Assembly (NCBI GenBank): GCA_038889075.1
Contig: JAWAHS010000007.1
Coordinates: 11,387 to 75,386 of the forward strand
Direction: 5' to 3'
Origin: Ignisphaera sp.
Lineage (GTDB): Archaea; Thermoproteota; Thermoprotei_A; Sulfolobales; Ignisphaeraceae
Length of the DNA: 64,000 nucleotides
A model generated the notes under the pieces. It saw only the letters and a list, made by a program, of their open reading frames with translations, was not told the DNA's origin and ran no database searches. Positions 62,379 through 64,000 of this stretch are shown in pieces. A program made the translations under genes and the position numbers. Within the stretch, counting starts at the first letter, position 1, and each line of letters starts with the position of its first letter.

Positions 62379-63298
62379 AGCGATTGCCTCTGTGGAAAGC
62401 CATTTTGAAGAGAACCCTATTGTATACAGCCCTCTTTGTAGCCACAGTATCATTTATATATGTTTTAGCAAGGCTCATCCCAGGGGATCCGGTAACCGTT
62501 CTATACGGTGAAATGGCTGAGGATAGAGCTACCAGGGATATCCTTGAACAGCAGCTCGGTCTCGATAGACCCATCTATATACAGCTTCTAACATATATGG
62601 GAAACATCTTTACGGGAAGGTGGGGAAAATCTATATACACCGGAGAAGGTGTGGTATCGATAATTTCAAGAAGCTTTACAGCATCCCTTAAACTAGCATC
62701 CCTTTCAACGCTACTTGTACTAGCTATATGCAGTGCGGCACTCTATATAGAGTATGGATATGGGTTGAATGGCAGGCTACTTACCACGGTATCGTCGCTG
62801 CTCAGCTCGATGCCTACGGTTGTATGGGGTGCAGTACTTCTTCTAATTCTTACCCAACTTAGACAGCCGATAGTCCTTGGCGATACTGTACCTCCTCTAA
62901 TAGTTTTAACACTGGTTGCCACTGGGATCTTCTACAGGCTATTCAAATCAGCTATAGAATACAGCTACCAGCAACCATTTATAGAAACGTATGCTATGAT
63001 GGGGTACAGCAGGGTAGCTGTTTTTCTAAAGGCTCTGAGATACTCTCTACCAACAATTCTCTCTGCTCTACTATATAGAGCTGGACTTATTATAGCCGGA
63101 GCTATAGTTGTTGAAACAATGTTTCTATATCCAGGTATGGGACTGGTCTTCTATGTAGCACTAGCATCTAGAGACTATCCAGTTCTAATCGGATGGGGGG
63201 TAGCTGTATCGGCAACGCTAATCGGTATAAACCTTGCAGTTGACATCGTTCACAGTATAGCAGATCCTAGGGTGGTTCAGCAGTGGTCTCCAGATTAG
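62375..63298 (+). CDS. ABC permease DppB-like
   Basis: PGDP, LGLDRP, VETMFLYPGMG, RDYP and DPRV. Confidence 0.92.
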   Translation: MKRLPLWKAILKRTLLYTALFVATVSFIYVLARLIPGDPVTVLYGEMAEDRATRDILEQQLGLDRPIYIQLLTYMGNIFTGRWGKSIYTGEGVVSIISRSFTASLKLASLSTLLVLAICSAALYIEYGYGLNGRLLTTVSSLLSSMPTVVWGAVLLLILTQLRQPIVLGDTVPPLIVLTLVATGIFYRLFKSAIEYSYQQPFIETYAMMGYSRVAVFLKALRYSLPTILSALLYRAGLIIAGAIVVETMFLYPGMGLVFYVALASRDYPVLIGWGVAVSATLIGINLAVDIVHSIADPRVVQQWSPD

Positions 63299-64000
63299 CA
63301 ATGGCTGCCGTGGTTGCTATAGTGCTTCTCACACTTCTGCTAACTATCATCGATAGGATTACACCGTACAGATACGATGAGATTAATCTAGATGAGAGGC
63401 TGCAGCCGCCATCAATAAAGCACATATTCGGTACGGATTCGCTTGGAAGAGATGTGCTTACAAGGCTTCTATACGGCTTCAGACTCTCGCTAGCACTGTC
63501 AATTCTATCCATAGCTATATCCGCTACCGTAGGTTCATTTACAGGCATTCTATCGGCTCTATCCAAACAACTCCAAATGGTTACAGATCCTCTATTCAAC
63601 TCCCTCTACATAGTGCCATCGATATTCATAGCGGCGGTAATTGCTTTTACAGCCGGATTTGGAGTCCATATAGTTGTTATAGCCATAGTCCTCAGACTTC
63701 TTCCAGTCTTCTACAGAATTATGAGAACCGTAACGCTATCGGTAGTTGTACAGCCGTATATGGAGTCCGTTAGGGCAATGGGTGCATCAACGCTGCACAT
63801 ACTGCTACACTATGTAGCTAGAGAGGCTATGCATACAGTGGCAATTCTATCCATCTACAGCTTTCCAGAGGCACTCTCAATAGAGATTTCCCTCAACTTC
63901 ATAGGGCTGGGAATACAGCCACCAACACCATCCATAGGTAGCATGCTTGCCGAGGGTGTAAGGTATGTAGCAGTAGCACCACACATCATAGTACCACCAA
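63283..64000 (+). CDS. ABC permease DppC-like, truncated by the window end
   Basis: Hand translation from GTG 63283 / ATG 63301 gives RLQPPSIKHIFGTDSLGRDV. Confidence 0.88.
   Translation, partial: MVSRLAMAAVVAIVLLTLLLTIIDRITPYRYDEINLDERLQPPSIKHIFGTDSLGRDVLTRLLYGFRLSLALSILSIAISATVGSFTGILSALSKQLQMVTDPLFNSLYIVPSIFIAAVIAFTAGFGVHIVVIAIVLRLLPVFYRIMRTVTLSVVVQPYMESVRAMGASTLHILLHYVAREAMHTVAILSIYSFPEALSIEISLNFIGLGIQPPTPSIGSMLAEGVRYVAVAPHIIVPP

Overview
A 64 kb, AT-rich archaeal window. TATA/BRE-type promoters, GGTG-type ribosome-binding sites and the gene content suggest a hyperthermophilic crenarchaeote (Desulfurococcales-like; this is an inference). From left to right: (1) a MoxR ATPase and a LolD/FtsX-type ABC cluster with a GT-C-like membrane protein. 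(2) A sulfur-trafficking region at about 7-23 kb, containing a SelD-like protein, acylphosphatase, three TusA-like carriers, a YeeE transporter, ThiF/MoeB, IscU, an atypical IscS, an HTH-CxxC regulator, an HD hydrolase and a ParB-fused cysteine synthase. Four promoter positions here, plus a decayed copy, share a palindrome AATAACA-N-TGTTATT. (3) PEP carboxykinase, nitrilase, acetamidase, peroxiredoxin and BirA. (4) A glycan-utilisation island with GH4, GH42, GH3 and two Opp/Dpp-type ABC importers whose binding proteins share a near-identical 256-bp 3' anchor cassette. (5) A three-gene antitoxin-PIN-antitoxin module, coiled-coil PD-(D/E)XK genes, a PhoU/AbrB regulator and a third ABC importer. 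Intergenic regions hold a tnpB pseudogene, several IS200/IS605-derived miniature structured elements (two with their own TATA box) and deletion scars. No rRNA, tRNA or CRISPR array was recognised. All family calls come from motif recognition by eye; no database search was run.
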